A stretch of 56,361 nt of DNA from Thermodesulfobacteriota bacterium (GTDB lineage Bacteria; Desulfobacterota; Desulfobacteria; Desulfobacterales; C00003060), in the NCBI GenBank assembly GCA_034189385.1, contig JAXHVD010000027.1:1-56361 (forward strand), written 5' to 3'. Made by a program: the position numbers and the translations under genes. Below the pieces are notes generated by a model, which saw nothing but the letters and a program-made list of their open reading frames with translations, searched no databases and had not been told where the DNA came from. This document shows, piece by piece, positions 1 through 9,462 of this stretch. Position 1 is the stretch's first letter. Every line of letters starts with the position of its first letter.

Positions 1-221
1 CTCCCGTCCCTGGTACCCATGTCCCCTGCCACAAGCCCCATGGGCATTTCCAGCCCAAGTTCCTGACAGATGATGCAAACGACGCTCATCATGGTCGCTG
101 TCCCCCTGTCAAGATCTAATTGGCGACCATGAATCTTGATGCCTCCGTCAACAAGTGAGACTCTACCCAGCGAAAGGGGCAGGTCTTGAATCGGTGCAGC
201 TCCCACGAGTAATAACATCAT
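1..221 (-). CDS. 5' part of a YjeF/carbohydrate-kinase-like protein of the type usually paired with DUF3343; continues past the window edge
   Basis: Read by hand: ATG at 221, open to base 1, MMLLLVGAAPIQDLPL...LDRGTATM...VAGDMGTRDG; starts 6 nt below the DUF3343 stop; family recognised from memory. Confidence 0.6.
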   Translation of the reverse strand, partial: MMLLLVGAAPIQDLPLSLGRVSLVDGGIKIHGRQLDLDRGTATMMSVVCIICQELGLEMPMGLVAGDMGTRDG

Positions 222-226
222 TCACC

Positions 227-772
227 TTACACAATTCTTGCCAATTCCTCATAGGCCATGTTTAGGGAGTAGGCACAAAGCGAGAAGCCAATCATTCCGG
301 GCTCTGGCGCTTCTGAAAGGGATTTGCCCACCATCTCCCGTGCCACTTGGGGAATGTCCGGGCACCCCCCACCGGAAATGTTCACGATCGTGTCGGTTGT
401 CTTATCAAGAGTGATCTTCATGTTGGCTGCTCTGACCATGAGATATCGTCCGAAGTCTTTGGTTCGATACAACTCCAACGGTTTCATGCCGTTTCCAGAT
501 ACAGGTAGGACATCCATGGGAGCTAGGCCTATGTTTTTGAGCATCTTGATGATCTCTGCTGCTTGTAGCAAGGGAATTTCTATGGACAAGTCACAGCCTG
601 TTCTGTGTTCTGGGGGCGGACAGACGACGCGAATGTCATAGTCCTCTTCTTTGAGTATCTGTTCGACATGCATCACCGTGCTGGTATCAGGATAAATGAG
701 TAACCCTTTTGTCACGGGTTCAGATTGAGCGGGTTTCTTCTTTCTTGTGAGTCTCCTAAGCCATTCATTCAT
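227..772 (-). CDS. DUF3343 (putative Se/S carrier-like) domain protein
   Basis: PPPEHRTGCDL, VRAANMKIT, NISGGGCPDIP and CAYSL motifs; start moved to MNEWLRR because the longer ORF runs through the promoter. Confidence 0.75.
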   Translation of the reverse strand: MNEWLRRLTRKKKPAQSEPVTKGLLIYPDTSTVMHVEQILKEEDYDIRVVCPPPEHRTGCDLSIEIPLLQAAEIIKMLKNIGLAPMDVLPVSGNGMKPLELYRTKDFGRYLMVRAANMKITLDKTTDTIVNISGGGCPDIPQVAREMVGKSLSEAPEPGMIGFSLCAYSLNMAYEELARIV

Positions 773-902
773 TGCTTTTGTCCCTCTTTCAGGCCGTTCC
801 AAGTGACGATTCCTACAAGGATTTTTCTCAAGCCCATTTGCCTTTTTTGACTTTATTGGGCTGTGTAATTGCACACTTTCACAATCTATACTATTTCTGT
901 AT

Positions 903-931
903 ACTATAACGACAAACCTCCGTGATGTCAA
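903..931 (-). promoter_or_regulatory. sigma70 promoter for the DUF3343 operon
   Basis: Minus strand TTGACA (931-926), 17 nt spacer, TATAGT (908-903). Confidence 0.7.
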
Positions 932-1119
932 GGACAAAGGTGTTTCCTCTGCCCGGAACAGCGGGAGCCTGTTCATGGAAGGTGAAAAGGTGTGCCAGTA
1001 CAGGGGGGAGGCCTGTTTTTCCGTCGAAAAGATATCCTACGTGGCAGGCATCCCACTAGCTTTCCGGGAGCATGATGGCCACCGGTACAACTGGCCGGAT
1101 GTCAAAAAAGATTGGGCTC

Positions 1120-1569
1120 TTATGGTTTTTTGAGGGGAGGGCAGGCCTGGGCTTTCTTTCGGTGCCGGTCAATCATATCGGCTAACGTCGTTGAATCTAA
1201 GATCTTGTACATAGCCTTCTGGATATCGTTCCATATTTCGTATGTGACACATTCCTGGGCCCTATCGCAAAGATTATCATCATCCAGGCAGTCTACCAAG
1301 GACCAAGATCCTACCAGGGAATGGACAATATCGTGCAATGAAATTTCATGGGGATCTTTAGCGAGCAGATACCCGCCTTGTGCCCCCCGGGCACTTCTTA
1401 TAAGTCCCGATGCCTTCAAGGATGGCACAATCTGCTCCATGTATTTCATGGAAACACCTTGCCTTTCCGCCAGTTCTCTCAATGAAACAGGTCCTTCGCC
1501 CTGGTGTTCCCCAATATCCAACATGGCCCTGGTTCCATACCGTGTCTTAGTAGATATCCTCATCTTCAC
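1120..1569 (-). CDS. Rrf2-family transcriptional regulator with three Cys (probable Fe-S binding)
   Basis: MRISTKTRYGTRAM, SARGAQGGYLLAK, DCLDDDNLCDRAQEC. Confidence 0.92.
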   Translation of the reverse strand: MKMRISTKTRYGTRAMLDIGEHQGEGPVSLRELAERQGVSMKYMEQIVPSLKASGLIRSARGAQGGYLLAKDPHEISLHDIVHSLVGSWSLVDCLDDDNLCDRAQECVTYEIWNDIQKAMYKILDSTTLADMIDRHRKKAQACPPLKKP

Positions 1570-1929
1570 CCCTCATTTCCTGAAGAAAAATTAAGCTGTG
1601 GCCTGCTCAGGGCATTATGGCCCATAGGAAGCCAGCTGGCTTCCACCGTTCCTGCCCTGAATACACGGCCGCCTGCCGGGAATAGTCATGGGACCCGCTG
1701 CAATGTTGCCTCACAGTCAGGACCTCCGGTCATCCAATGGCGTTCAGGTTGGTCCAAAGACCTGGAATGCATGCAGCTGCACCATACGCAAACTTTAAGG
1801 TTTTGTGAAGTATCAGTTACCATTACGGGCAAGGCCGGCCAAAGACAAAGGCCCCTATTAATCGTCAAATCAACAAATTGTGCTTTCAGGGCAGAGGTTA
1901 GGGAAAAGCCACGTGGGTGACAAAAAAAG

Positions 1930-1958
1930 TTGACATTGTGAAAAAGTTGTCCTAGTTT
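1930..1958 (+). promoter_or_regulatory. sigma70 promoter for the Fe-S oxidoreductase gene
   Basis: TTGACA (1930-1935), 17 nt, TAGTTT (1953-1958); AGGAGG RBS before ATG 2033. Confidence 0.6.
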
Positions 1959-2032
1959 AACAGTATGAATTATAGGATTTGGTTGAGAGAAAATCAACAG
2001 TGGAATTCTGAGGACGCTGAAAGGAGGACGGC

Positions 2033-3382
2033 ATGCAAGAACCTATGGAGACGGAAAACATCCAGGAGCCCATCAGGGTGGACAAAACAAAACGGACCGT
2101 ACCGATTTCTCCAGAGCTGGCAGACAACTGCTTGACGTGTGGGACTTGTGCCAGTGGCTGCCCTGCAACGGGGCTGGTGCCGGGCTGGGATCCCAGAAAG
2201 GCTATTCGAGCCATCTCCCTGGGGTTGGAACAGGAAGTGATCGATTCCAAGTGGCCATGGGTGTGCACCCTTTGCGGTCGCTGCCAGTACATGTGTCCCC
2301 AAGCTATCCAGCTGTTGAAGACCTTCCGAAGCTGCCGGATGAAGAGAGAGCGGGACAAGGTGCCAGGGCCCCTGCACAAGGGAACGATCATGAATCTGGA
2401 AAGGGGAAACAACCTGGGTATACCCCGGGACGATATGCTGTTTCTCTTGGCAGAGTTGGGAGTCGAGATGGAAGAAGACGAAAAGCATCCCACACCAGGG
2501 TTCTACGTGCCGGTGGATAAAGAAGGTGCCAATATCATCGTGACCGTCAATTCCAAAGAGCCCTTTGCCGAGCCGGATGACATGAAGTTCTGGTGGCGGA
2601 TTTTCTATGCAGCCAAGGAGGACTGGACCATTTCATCCACAAACTGGGAAGGGGTCAATTGGGGTCTCTTCGCCGGGGACGACGAGAACATGAAGATACA
2701 GGTGGAACGTGTGCTGGAGAATGCCCGGAGGTTGAAGGCAAAAACAATCCTCTATCCGGAATGAGGCCACGCCTACTTTGCGACCCGGTTCGGGCTGCAG
2801 AATTGGTTCCCAGAGGCCTTTGATGAATTTAAGATTGTGAGCGTATTTGATCTTCTCAAAGAGTACATTGAGACAGGAAGAATAAAGATCGACAAGTCCA
2901 AACACCCACAACTAACGACAGTCCACGATCCTTGCAACTACGTGAGGAAGTCCGAGATGTCATTCGGCGATCACTACGGCGACATGTCGCGATGGATCAC
3001 AGCACAATGCTGTGAGAACATGGTGGAGATGTGCGACAGTTCGTTGAACAACTTGTGTTGCGGCGCTGGTGGCGGTGCCTGGGCAATGCCTTATTCGGAG
3101 GAGCGTTTGGCTTACGGCAAGATGAAGGCAGATCAGATCAAGAAGAGCGGTGCAGAACTGGTTATCGCACCGTGCCACAATTGCCGTGACCAGATCATGA
3201 AGGCTCTCCCAAAGGAGTTTGACATGGGCAACTACCATGAGACCCTTTACATCTGGGAACTGGTAGCTGAGTCATTACAGTTCGAGCCATGGAGCGATGC
3301 AGAGATAGAAAAGGCCCATGCTGAGCGGGATGCACAGTTCGAAAGGGACGGGGTTGAGTTAGAAGAAGAGGAATGGGGATAG
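2033..3382 (+). CDS. Selenocysteine-containing HdrD/GlpC-like Fe-S oxidoreductase (4Fe-4S dicluster plus CCG domains), 449 aa
   Basis: ORFs 2033-2764 and 2837-3382 are in frame and separated only by TGA 2762-2764, reading ILYPE-U-GHAYFATR at the family's PECGH Cys; motifs CxxCxxCxxxCP twice, HDPC, CCGAGGG, PCHNC. Confidence 0.9.
2777..2801 (+). promoter_or_regulatory. bacterial SECIS-like hairpin
   Basis: TTTGCGA-CCCG-GTT-CGGG-CTGCAGA starting 13 nt after the TGA; G-led apical loop. Confidence 0.75.
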
Positions 3383-3421
3383 ACGAGTCAGTAACCAGAC
3401 CGATGGCTGCGTAATCTTTAG

Positions 3422-3461
3422 AACCTGGTGACGCTTTGCAGGGCGCCACCAGGTTTTTTTT
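3422..3461 (+). terminator. intrinsic terminator
   Basis: AACCTGGTGACGC / GCGCCACCAGGTT stem followed by a T tract. Confidence 0.85.
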
Positions 3462-3723
3462 GCTAGGGGCCACATGTAGCGGGAGTTCTGGGCTCTTCCT
3501 TTGAGGTAAAGGGCAAGAATCCTTTATTCAGGTGCCAAGGCCGTAGGATGTTTTGCTTAGTCGGGCACGGCGAGCGTCTTTAACACAGCCAAGAGGCAGA
3601 ACATGGCACCAAGATAGTGGCAGACTCAAGGGGGCCAAAAGGAGCCTTGAAACACCCAGTCAATGCAAGCAGCCACTTACGGATTGACAAAGAGAAAGAC
3701 AGAGGACTGGAGAGGATGGGACT

Positions 3724-4416
3724 ATGCTGAAATGTGTTGGATGTGCTATTGCTGTTGCGTTACTCACCATAGGGGTGTGCCAAGCTGCTCCGTGAGGTTG
3801 CAGTCCTTCCTCAGGCGGAGGAAGCGCTATTATCAGGGGGGGAGGCCTGTTGAGTTCACGCCTCTTTGACCCCACACAAACTCGTGGGATCATTGGAAAG
3901 GGAGACCTGGCTCTGGGCTCATATTACCTCGGAGGTGACGATCATGACACTGTCTCATTTCTCGTGGCAGGTCTGACCGATCGCTTAGAGGTCGCGGTGA
4001 ATCAGTATTATCAGGATTCGGACTGGACGGCATCAGCTAGGTTCGGAGTCATGAAAGAGGGTGAACGGTGGTGGCATCCTTCCTTGGTGGTGGGGGCACA
4101 CGATATTGGTAGGCCTGAGGACGCTGCCATCTCTCTGACAGGCTTCAAGTATCTTGAAGTTCCCTACCTTGAAGGACTTTGGGTCCATGCCGGCATCTTC
4201 ACGGAGACCGAAAAGGACGGTGATACAAGAGGGTTTGGTGGGGTTTCCACACCATTTGCGAAGAAGTTTGATTTTTCCCTCCTCCATGACGGGGCTGACC
4301 TCCATGCTATTTTAGGGGCGAATTATAAGGGCCTGAGGATATTTGTGATGGCCTATGAAATGGACCATTTTGGGGTGGGGCTCTCCTACCAATTTGATTT
4401 CTTCGATCCAAAGTGA
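3724..4416 (+). CDS. Putative selenoprotein: signal peptide, AP-U-GC, Gly/Ser linker and probable outer-membrane beta-barrel (YjbH-like), 230 aa
   Basis: AGAGGA RBS and ATG 3724; MLKCVGCAIAVALLTIGVCQA-AP-TGA(3793-3795)-GCSPSSGGGS continues in frame into ORF 3850-4416; amphipathic strands and GVGLSYQF near the C-terminus. Confidence 0.75.
3806..3824 (+). promoter_or_regulatory. bacterial SECIS-like hairpin
   Basis: Perfect 7-bp stem CTTCCTC/GAGGAAG, loop AGGCG, starting 11 nt after the TGA. Confidence 0.7.
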
Positions 4417-4764
4417 TGTGGCAAGGCGTTGATGGTAGGCACGAAATCAGCAGTTTTGTCACGTCAGTCTCTCGTATTTCTCACCGAGGTGCTGTTGTTC
4501 AACGCCACGAGCAGCGGCCCCATTAGCTCAAAAGGCACATGTAAGAGCATCTAAGCAGCTAAGATACCATTACAATGGACCGTTGGCACAGACCTGGGCA
4601 CTGAGGCAGCCACAGAGTCATTGCCTACAAGAAAAGGTCTTCAGCCGTTGTGAAAACAATACGGAGTGGGCACTGCTGTCCTATCTGTGCGCGGTGAATC
4701 TGGCAGGACGATGGACTGAAAAAGGTCTGAAGAGGCCTCTGACTTGCAAAACCCGATATTTTTC

Positions 4765-4793
4765 TTGACAAGGACCCCGCGGATATGTAGGGT
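4765..4793 (+). promoter_or_regulatory. sigma70-like promoter upstream of 4924
   Basis: TTGACA, 17 nt, TAGGGT. Confidence 0.45.
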
Positions 4794-4923
4794 GCGTGCT
4801 GCTTGTTTGGTAAGTACTTAAAAATCCTAGCAGAAATGGGGGTGATTGTCACAACTTGCTGAAATCATGGGTAGTTATTTCGGTTAGGATCAACCTGTTA
4901 ATCTTATATAATAAGGAGTCAAG

Positions 4924-5787
4924 ATGATGTTTTTGAAAAGGGGAGTACTCTCTCTAGTGGCAATATGCATCGTGGCTATTGCCGGAATCTCCTGGGCGAG
5001 CCCCCCGGTCCCGCCACCGCCAGAGGGTTTCGGGATCGTAACGACCACCGATGTGATAGTCACCGGAGATTTCACGCACGAGTCGTCTCTTAACTGGACC
5101 TACATGCATGATACGGAGGAGAACAACGGTGGGGGAAGCACCCTTGCCCATCCGGGGGTGAACCAGGTCCTTGCCGCGGGCGGCCGTGCAGGCCAAATCC
5201 GCTACGCCAACGAAGTGGATGCCATTGATGGTTATGTGGAGTTCAAGAACAACTTCGAGGCCAGGTCTGACGAAGAACCCAATCTGAAGGTGAGCAAGGA
5301 TTTCGGTTACGTTGCCTCACCGTCAAGTCTCATTGCAACGGCCGAGGATGAAGAGCGCGTTGGTTTAAGCATCGTGGCCAATGGAGATGATGAAGGGCTG
5401 GGTGACATGCCTTCTCTGTGTCCTTGGGCCTCAGGGTCGGAGATACCGGCCACAAATGAGTTCATCGCTGCTGGGAGTTCGACTAGAACAACCAGTGCCA
5501 TGGTATCTCACACCGATACCGACGTGACGTCAACGGGCCCACCGTCGCTCAATCACAGCATTTCTGCCGTAGGTGAAGGTACTGTGACGGCAAGCATGAT
5601 CGTGAGGTTGATGGAAGGAGGGGACGTGCATGTGCCTGGCGAGGCTGCACCCAATCTCGTCAGTAAAAACACCTATGAGGAGAGGACTTCGGCTTCCGGT
5701 GTCATTGAGAAGTTTGAGAAAAGCATGCACTATCATTCTACGATCCCTCAATATCAAATGCCTGAGCCGTGGTACGAGATTCAGTAG
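4924..5787 (+). CDS. Secreted beta-rich protein resembling the Methanomicrobiales sheath-protein-like family
   Basis: TAAGGAG RBS, signal peptide ending SWA, PPVPPPPE, LCPW...IPA, TYEERTSASGVIEKFEKSMHYHS; family similarity from memory only. Confidence 0.55.
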   Translation: MMFLKRGVLSLVAICIVAIAGISWASPPVPPPPEGFGIVTTTDVIVTGDFTHESSLNWTYMHDTEENNGGGSTLAHPGVNQVLAAGGRAGQIRYANEVDAIDGYVEFKNNFEARSDEEPNLKVSKDFGYVASPSSLIATAEDEERVGLSIVANGDDEGLGDMPSLCPWASGSEIPATNEFIAAGSSTRTTSAMVSHTDTDVTSTGPPSLNHSISAVGEGTVTASMIVRLMEGGDVHVPGEAAPNLVSKNTYEERTSASGVIEKFEKSMHYHSTIPQYQMPEPWYEIQ

Positions 5788-5814
5788 TCTAAAGCGTCAC
5801 CATTTTATGAAAGC

Positions 5815-5845
5815 AAGGGGGCGGGAGTGTCCGCCCCCTTTTTTT
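5815..5845 (+). terminator. intrinsic terminator
   Basis: AAGGGGGCGG / CCGCCCCCTT stem plus T tract. Confidence 0.9.
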
Positions 5846-5960
5846 GTGACAGAGCCAGCCTTTTGTCCTTGCCTTTGATCACCTGTGTTCTGTAAAAATG
5901 CTTTCCATGCCATGAAAGCGTGGACGCAAGATCCCAGAAAATGCTCAAGGGAGGATTGTC

Positions 5961-6395
5961 ATGACCACGGCCGATATAGGGCATTATGCCGGCAAGCACG
6001 GATCCGAGACAGTGGCGAATCCCATGATCCGCCATGTCCTCATGAAACGGGCCGCTGACGGGAGGCTTCCCTGTGCAGTGGCCTTTGACGTGGCACGGGA
6101 GCTTGGGGTAACACCTGAGGCGGTTGGCACGACAGCCGACCTTATGGACCTGCGTCTAGCAAAATGCCAACTCGGCCTTTTTGGCTATAGTCCCGAAAAA
6201 AAGATTGTAAAACCAGCCACATCAATCTCCCCCTCACTGGAACGGGCCATCCGGGAGGCCCTTGTGGAGGACTGCCTGCCCTGCCAACGTGCATGGAAAA
6301 TCGCAGAGGCCTGTGGAATCCACAAGATGAAGGTTAGTGCTGCCTGCGATGCCCTGAACATCAAGATTCGGCCATGCCAACTTGGAGCCTTTTAG
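5961..6395 (+). CDS. conserved hypothetical protein with an internal duplication (LPC...CQLG.F twice)
   Basis: GGAGG RBS; two similar halves GRLPCAVAF...KCQLGLF and DCLPCQRAW...PCQLGAF. Confidence 0.75.
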   Translation: MTTADIGHYAGKHGSETVANPMIRHVLMKRAADGRLPCAVAFDVARELGVTPEAVGTTADLMDLRLAKCQLGLFGYSPEKKIVKPATSISPSLERAIREALVEDCLPCQRAWKIAEACGIHKMKVSAACDALNIKIRPCQLGAF

Positions 6396-6420
6396 CAGGC
6401 TGGCTTGTGCTAGGAATGCC

Positions 6421-7296
6421 GTGAAGTGGTTTCTCCTCTCTTTGGCCTGTGCCTATCTCACGTCCACGGGCGAGGCCTTTTCCAAGTTTTTGATGCGCCA
6501 GAACGACGAGTGGACGACAGGCTGCGCCACCATATTAGTCTCTCTTCCATTCATCACCTCCCTTCTCATAGGAAGGGATGCCTTCCCCTTGAGCATGGGT
6601 CTCTTGCTCCTCTTGTGTATCCAGATTCCCTTTGAAGTCCTGGCCTACTATCTATATCTGAAAGCCATCCGGATCTCCCCTCTTTCCATGAGCGTACCGT
6701 ATCTGAGCTTCACACCGGTGTTCACGATACTGACAGCTGGTATTATCTTGGGGGAAAGCGTATCCGTTCAAGGCCTTCTCGGCATCTTCATGGTAACGGT
6801 TGGGGCCTATGTGCTGAATCTGGAACGCGCTGCGTCCCACCCACTGGCCCCCTTAAAGGCCATCGTGAAGTCCCCCGGCTCCCGGTACATGCTCTTGGTT
6901 GCCCTGATCTGGAGCCTTACCTCCGCCCTAGGGAAAAAGGGCGTTCAGCTTTCTGACCCTCTGTTTTTCGGGGTCTTCTATATGATAGCCCTATCCCTTC
7001 CCTTGACGGTCATTGCAGGCTGGAGGGTGAAGCGACATGTGGCCAACGTCAACCTGAAAGGTCGAAATACCCTGTGGCTTGCCTTGGCGGGCCTGGCCAC
7101 GGCACTGGCCATGATCGCCCACTTTCACGCCATCCAGCTCGTCCCAGTTGCCTACATGATCTCCGTGAAAAGGACGAGCTTGATATTCAGTGTCCTATAC
7201 GGCGGGGTGATATTTGGGGAAAGACACATCAGACTCAGACTCTTTGGGACCAGCATCATGTTATCTGGTGTGGCGGTCATCTACCTGGCAGCGTAG
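6421..7296 (+). CDS. EamA/DMT family transporter
   Basis: About 10 hydrophobic segments; AIRISPLS, GE and VAYMISVKRTS motifs; GTG start inferred. Confidence 0.88.
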   Translation: MKWFLLSLACAYLTSTGEAFSKFLMRQNDEWTTGCATILVSLPFITSLLIGRDAFPLSMGLLLLLCIQIPFEVLAYYLYLKAIRISPLSMSVPYLSFTPVFTILTAGIILGESVSVQGLLGIFMVTVGAYVLNLERAASHPLAPLKAIVKSPGSRYMLLVALIWSLTSALGKKGVQLSDPLFFGVFYMIALSLPLTVIAGWRVKRHVANVNLKGRNTLWLALAGLATALAMIAHFHAIQLVPVAYMISVKRTSLIFSVLYGGVIFGERHIRLRLFGTSIMLSGVAVIYLAA

Positions 7297-7310
7297 GGGA
7301 CAGACAGAGG

Positions 7311-9146
7311 TTATGTCTTCAATTGCCCGCTTTTTCTTAAGGCCTCAAAAAGGCTTTGGGCTGCAGGAGCGGTCATGCCGGAGACAGCGCGGAGTTCTTC
7401 AACAGAGGCGGCCCTGATGCCCTTCATGCTCCCAAAATGCCTCAGCAGCTGTGACCGGCGCTTGGGTCCGATACCCGGGATACCCTCAAGGGCGGAACGG
7501 CGGTAGGTCATAAGTCTGCGCTTTCGGTGGTAGGTAATCACATACCGGTGGGCTTCGTCGCGAATCCTTTGAAGAAAGAGAAGGGCTGTAGGGTCCCTCC
7601 TGAAGTTTACAGGATTTTTTCTTCCTGGTCTGTATATCTTGTCCTCTGTTTCACCGTGCTCCATACTTTTTTTGGCAATGCTGATGAGGTCAAAGGAACC
7701 ATGGAGCCCAAGGCCCCTGAGGACGGACTCTGCTACATTGAGATGTCCCTTTCCTCCATCTACCATCAGAAGATCTGGAAGGGATGTGCCTGCCTTTCCT
7801 GGGCCGTATCTGCGGGTCAGCACTTCTCTGAGCATGGCATAGTCGTCTGCCTCAACGGCCTTCTTGATGCGATACCTGCGATATTTCTGGGGGGCATTGC
7901 GCCCCCTTTCAAAGACCACCATGGCACCCACGGCCCCAGTGCCGGCTATGTTGGAAAGGTCAAAGCATTCGATGCGTTCAGGGCAGCTTTTGAGACCTAG
8001 TCGTTTCTGAATGCGATTTCCCATGCCCTCTTCAACAACGGGGGCGGAGAGGTGCTCGGCAAGGCTCTTTTCGGCATTTTGAACAGCCATCTCAAGAAGT
8101 CTGGCCTTCTCACCTCGTTGGGGCGTCATGATATAGACCCTTTCCCCCTTCATTTCCCCTAGCCATTCTTCCAACAGAACGCCGTCTTCTGGCTCCGTTG
8201 GCAACAGAACCTCTTTTGGTATGAAGGGAGCGTTTCCGTAGTACTGCTTCACAAATGAAGAGATCAGTTCCTTGTCAGAGGCCAGGGTCTCTGGGAGGAA
8301 GAATGGCCGACTACCCATGAAGAAGCCCTGCCTGACAAAGAGGGCCATCATGAGGGCGTTATGGTTCTGTCGGGCCATACCGACTACGTCGCGGTCCTTG
8401 AAATCCGCGGAAAAGGCCACCTGCTTTTCCAGGGTCTTTTCCAGGGCAAAGAGCCTGTCCCTGTGGGCTGCCGCCTCCTCAAATTCCTGCCTTGCTGCAG
8501 CGCCTTCCATCTCGTCTTTCACACTTTTGACCAGTTCCGGCATTCGTCCTTTAAGGAATAGGACAACTTTTTGCACCTCTGCTTCATATCGATGGGGATT
8601 TACAGGCAGGCTGCAGGGGCCAAGGCAAAGGCCCATCTGAAAGTTCAGACAAGGGCGTTCCCGCTGCTGCGGGGAGTTGCCTTTACATTTACGAAGCTTA
8701 AAGGTCCGGTGAATCCATTTCAGCGTTTTTCTCACTGCACCGGCAGAGGCAAAAGGGCCGAAGTAGAGTGCTCCGTCCTTCTTCGGTTTTCTCACAACGG
8801 TCAGGTTAGGGTAGGGATTTCTCACGTCAAGACGGAGGCAGGGATACCGTTTGTCGTCTTTCAAGATGACGTTGTACCTGGGACGGTGCTTCTTGATCAG
8901 GTTGGATTCAAGGAGCAGGGCTTCTTTTTCCGTATGTGTAACAATAGTGTCAACGCCTGCTGTCTTGTCCATAAGCACACGGGTTTTCAGATTTTTACCC
9001 GCCGCTTTCCTGAAATAGGATGTGACCCGTCTTTTCAGATGTCTTGCCTTGCCCACGTATAGGACCCGACCCTTGGCATCCCGCATCAGGTAAACGCCCG
9101 GTGAAGACGGCAGGGCTGCAAGTTTCTTTTCAATCTCTTCTGTCAT
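7311..9146 (-). CDS. uvrC: excinuclease ABC subunit C
   Basis: GIY-YIG PGVYLM/YVGKA, RIECFDLSN, DGGKGH, RDEAHR, HhH GIGPKR. Confidence 0.98.
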   Translation of the reverse strand: MTEEIEKKLAALPSSPGVYLMRDAKGRVLYVGKARHLKRRVTSYFRKAAGKNLKTRVLMDKTAGVDTIVTHTEKEALLLESNLIKKHRPRYNVILKDDKRYPCLRLDVRNPYPNLTVVRKPKKDGALYFGPFASAGAVRKTLKWIHRTFKLRKCKGNSPQQRERPCLNFQMGLCLGPCSLPVNPHRYEAEVQKVVLFLKGRMPELVKSVKDEMEGAAARQEFEEAAAHRDRLFALEKTLEKQVAFSADFKDRDVVGMARQNHNALMMALFVRQGFFMGSRPFFLPETLASDKELISSFVKQYYGNAPFIPKEVLLPTEPEDGVLLEEWLGEMKGERVYIMTPQRGEKARLLEMAVQNAEKSLAEHLSAPVVEEGMGNRIQKRLGLKSCPERIECFDLSNIAGTGAVGAMVVFERGRNAPQKYRRYRIKKAVEADDYAMLREVLTRRYGPGKAGTSLPDLLMVDGGKGHLNVAESVLRGLGLHGSFDLISIAKKSMEHGETEDKIYRPGRKNPVNFRRDPTALLFLQRIRDEAHRYVITYHRKRRLMTYRRSALEGIPGIGPKRRSQLLRHFGSMKGIRAASVEELRAVSGMTAPAAQSLFEALRKSGQLKT

Positions 9147-9462
9147 GGACTCAGGCTGGCCGGGTTTTGTGGTTCAACGCAGAGTCAGATACCACTATGC
9201 CAATATTCGAAGACAAGGGCCGTCACTTCTTAGACTATTCTTGGCCAAAGCGTGGAGTCGCCGTCGCTTCTTGTCGGAACCCTTGTCTATATGATATCAG
9301 CACATAGTGATGAGGTGCAACAACAACTCTGCTCGGAAAGCAGGTTAGACGAAGAGAGCTTTGTCGGCGGACCATTGCTCTCCACAGGGTGGCCGGGTGA
9401 TTGTCATGGGCCCATGACGGAGGTTTTCAGCTCTGGAAGGTGAGAGGCGAAAGGATGTTGCT

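Noticed and set aside
1936..1953. Rex operator (TTGTGAA half-site)
   Set aside because: The second half-site (TTCACAA) is absent.
3663..3869. 68-aa Cys-rich ORF (MCWMCYCCC) that looks like a metal-binding peptide
   Set aside because: It is an alternative-frame shadow of the signal peptide and Sec region of the 3724 gene, which has the RBS and SECIS.
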